NCBI GenBank assembly: GCA_048772705.1
Contig: JBLWGC010000230.1
Coordinates: 496,001 to 560,000, forward strand
Source of the DNA: Leidyana gryllorum EB-2025a
Lineage: Eukaryota; Protista; Apicomplexa
DNA: 64,000 nt
Direction of reading: 5' to 3'
Shown here: in pieces, positions 62,501 through 64,000 of the stretch
How positions within the stretch are numbered: the stretch's first letter is position 1
Layout of the letters: each line of letters begins with the position of its first letter
Made by a program: the position numbers and the translations under genes
Notes under the pieces: generated by a model
What the model was told of the DNA's origin: nothing
The model's input: the letters and a program-made list of their open reading frames with translations, nothing else
Databases searched by the model: none

Positions 62501-64000
62501 GAGTTCGGTGGAACACTTCGGAACCCTGCTCAATGACCTTGAACAGAACAAAGATTCCTTCGCAATCGCGGACTACGCCATGTCAATGAGTACCCTCGAG
62601 GAAGTATTCTTCAAGTTGGGTGAAGTTGAGACCGAGGAGGACCTCGAGAAGCTTCTGCGCCGTCCTAGTGGCAACAGTCTTGGAACTTCAGAAGGAACTC
62701 CAGAAAACGCATTGGAGGATGGTGAAGAAAGCATTGAGCCTGTCAACGCAGGTCTACATGAGCCTACTCGTCGCAGTAGTCTTGCACTCGGGAATGGAGA
62801 GGACGATGGCGATATTATTCCGTATGACGACGACGAGGCCAGCGATCTGGCCGGGGATCTGAGCTTGCAGCGTTTCCCAGACATCACCGCCAATCCCGAC
62901 TTTGATGCAAGAGGATGGACCCGCAGTCAGCTGCTCGGCATAACCTACTTACGTTATGCGCAAGTGGCTCACAACAAGGGTCACTTCATGTTCGACGTTG
63001 TCCTTCCCACACTCATGTTCATGCTTGGGTTGATGGTCCGAAGAGAAGGCGTTGGTGGCATTGATACCCTGTTCGTGCAGGAACGAGCTGAACATCACTT
63101 CGCGGACTACAAGACCTACTTGAATGATACCATCCCGTACATGATCGACATCAATCTCAGCGACCGTGGACTCAAGAAAGCGGTTCGAATCTTGGAGAAG
63201 TTACCTTTCCGTGATCTGATGATGCCAGTATTGGACATCATGGACTGGAGACGCATCAAAGCTGAGGGCTACGGCATGGCTCGTATAAAGCAGGAGTTGC
63301 GTGCTCTTGCTCCGGTGGCCGCACGCAAGCGGGCGGAGATAGAAAGCGACCCCGAGCTGAACCGTAACTTCGAAGCGCTTCACAGGGAGCCTCGCAGCAG
63401 CCAGGAATACTTGGAGCGCAAAACTCCCAAAATCCCGAAGTTCAGCTTCGCCACTCGTGACATCAGCCGTGAAGGACCACCCAGGGTGACCGATGATGAT
63501 CTGCCCTTCCTCTACAACATTGGTGAAGAAATGCGCCGCACTCGCGTGGAAGGTCGTTTCTTGCGAAACTTCCTGTGGACAACAACAGCACACGACATCT
63601 TCGGGACCTGGCTGAATTTCTACCCAGCTGCAATTAGTTTCGAGGCCAACTCGGAACCTATCACTTCCCGCTCCAGCTTCGGTTCAGATAGAAAATCACC
63701 TGACGAAGTGCTCATCCGTTATTCGTGGAACCCATACGCCGCACATGCCTTCCCAACTTTCATCAATGGACTCGGCGAATCCATCTTGAACAATGCTTTC
63801 CTGGAAGATCCAATGTTGGGCTTGCATGATATGTCCGCAGCAGAAAAGCCAACCCCAGGCTCGAAGTTCTCCGCTCCACGTACATATAGCACAACCATTC
63901 CAGTACATTACGAGGCAGCCAATCAAGATCTGTTGGGTTCAGGAAATACCGCTGGTGCCATTGGCACTCAAGATCCGACCTACCAGTTGCAGTTCCATAG
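59547..64000 (+). CDS. ABC transporter subfamily A (partial, runs off window)
   Basis: TM1 plus a large exocytoplasmic domain, EKES..MKEVMKIFGL, Walker A G|HNGAGKTT, signature LSGGQKRRL, Walker B FLDEPTSG, TTHHMEEAD and STLEEVF. The frame appears open from ~61600 to the window end. Confidence 0.95.

Noticed and set aside
63178-63200. tRNA T-loop-like GGTTCGAATC
   Set aside because: It lies within the ABCA reading frame and has no cloverleaf context.
1-64000. CRISPR arrays, transposons, rRNA, spliceosomal snRNAs, prokaryotic operons or defence systems
   Set aside because: No repeat-spacer arrays, transposase/RT motifs, terminal repeats or rRNA/snRNA signatures were seen by eye. The window is eukaryotic with spliceosomal introns.

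Overview
Eukaryotic nuclear DNA with roughly balanced GC, extreme gene density (about 35 genes in 64 kb) and short, mostly ~30-60 nt GT-AG introns. An ILP1/G2-like pellicle protein and a membrane-anchored PDE point to an apicomplexan. The compaction suggests a gregarine, but that is inference and no species is assigned. Recognisable genes: POLD3-like, DCN1, PRP8, ERD2-like, BUD20/ZNF593, UBC6/UBE2J, EAPP-like, MED8-like, ILP1/G2, IMP3, BI-1, NudC-family, RRP43-like, RPL7A, RPL5, cytochrome b5 reductase, SPT2, an atypical kinase, SART1/SNU66, a mucin-FAS1 adhesin, a WD40-like protein, RAB18, a LamG protein, a Ulp1 protease, RPN10, NMT, a PDE and a partial ABCA. The main unusual signals are four. 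(1) A near-prokaryotic gene architecture: 16-29 nt head-to-head spacers built around a short A/T tract, a zero-spacer stop-ATG junction, and repeated interlocked stop codons between convergent genes. (2) An intronless bacterial/phage-type (DUF5872-like) gene carrying one in-frame TAG. (3) A C-terminally truncated eL8. (4) A second bacterial-looking secreted protein. No tRNA, rRNA, CRISPR array, transposon or intein was found. Exon boundaries were assembled by eye, and family calls come from recalled motifs rather than database searches.
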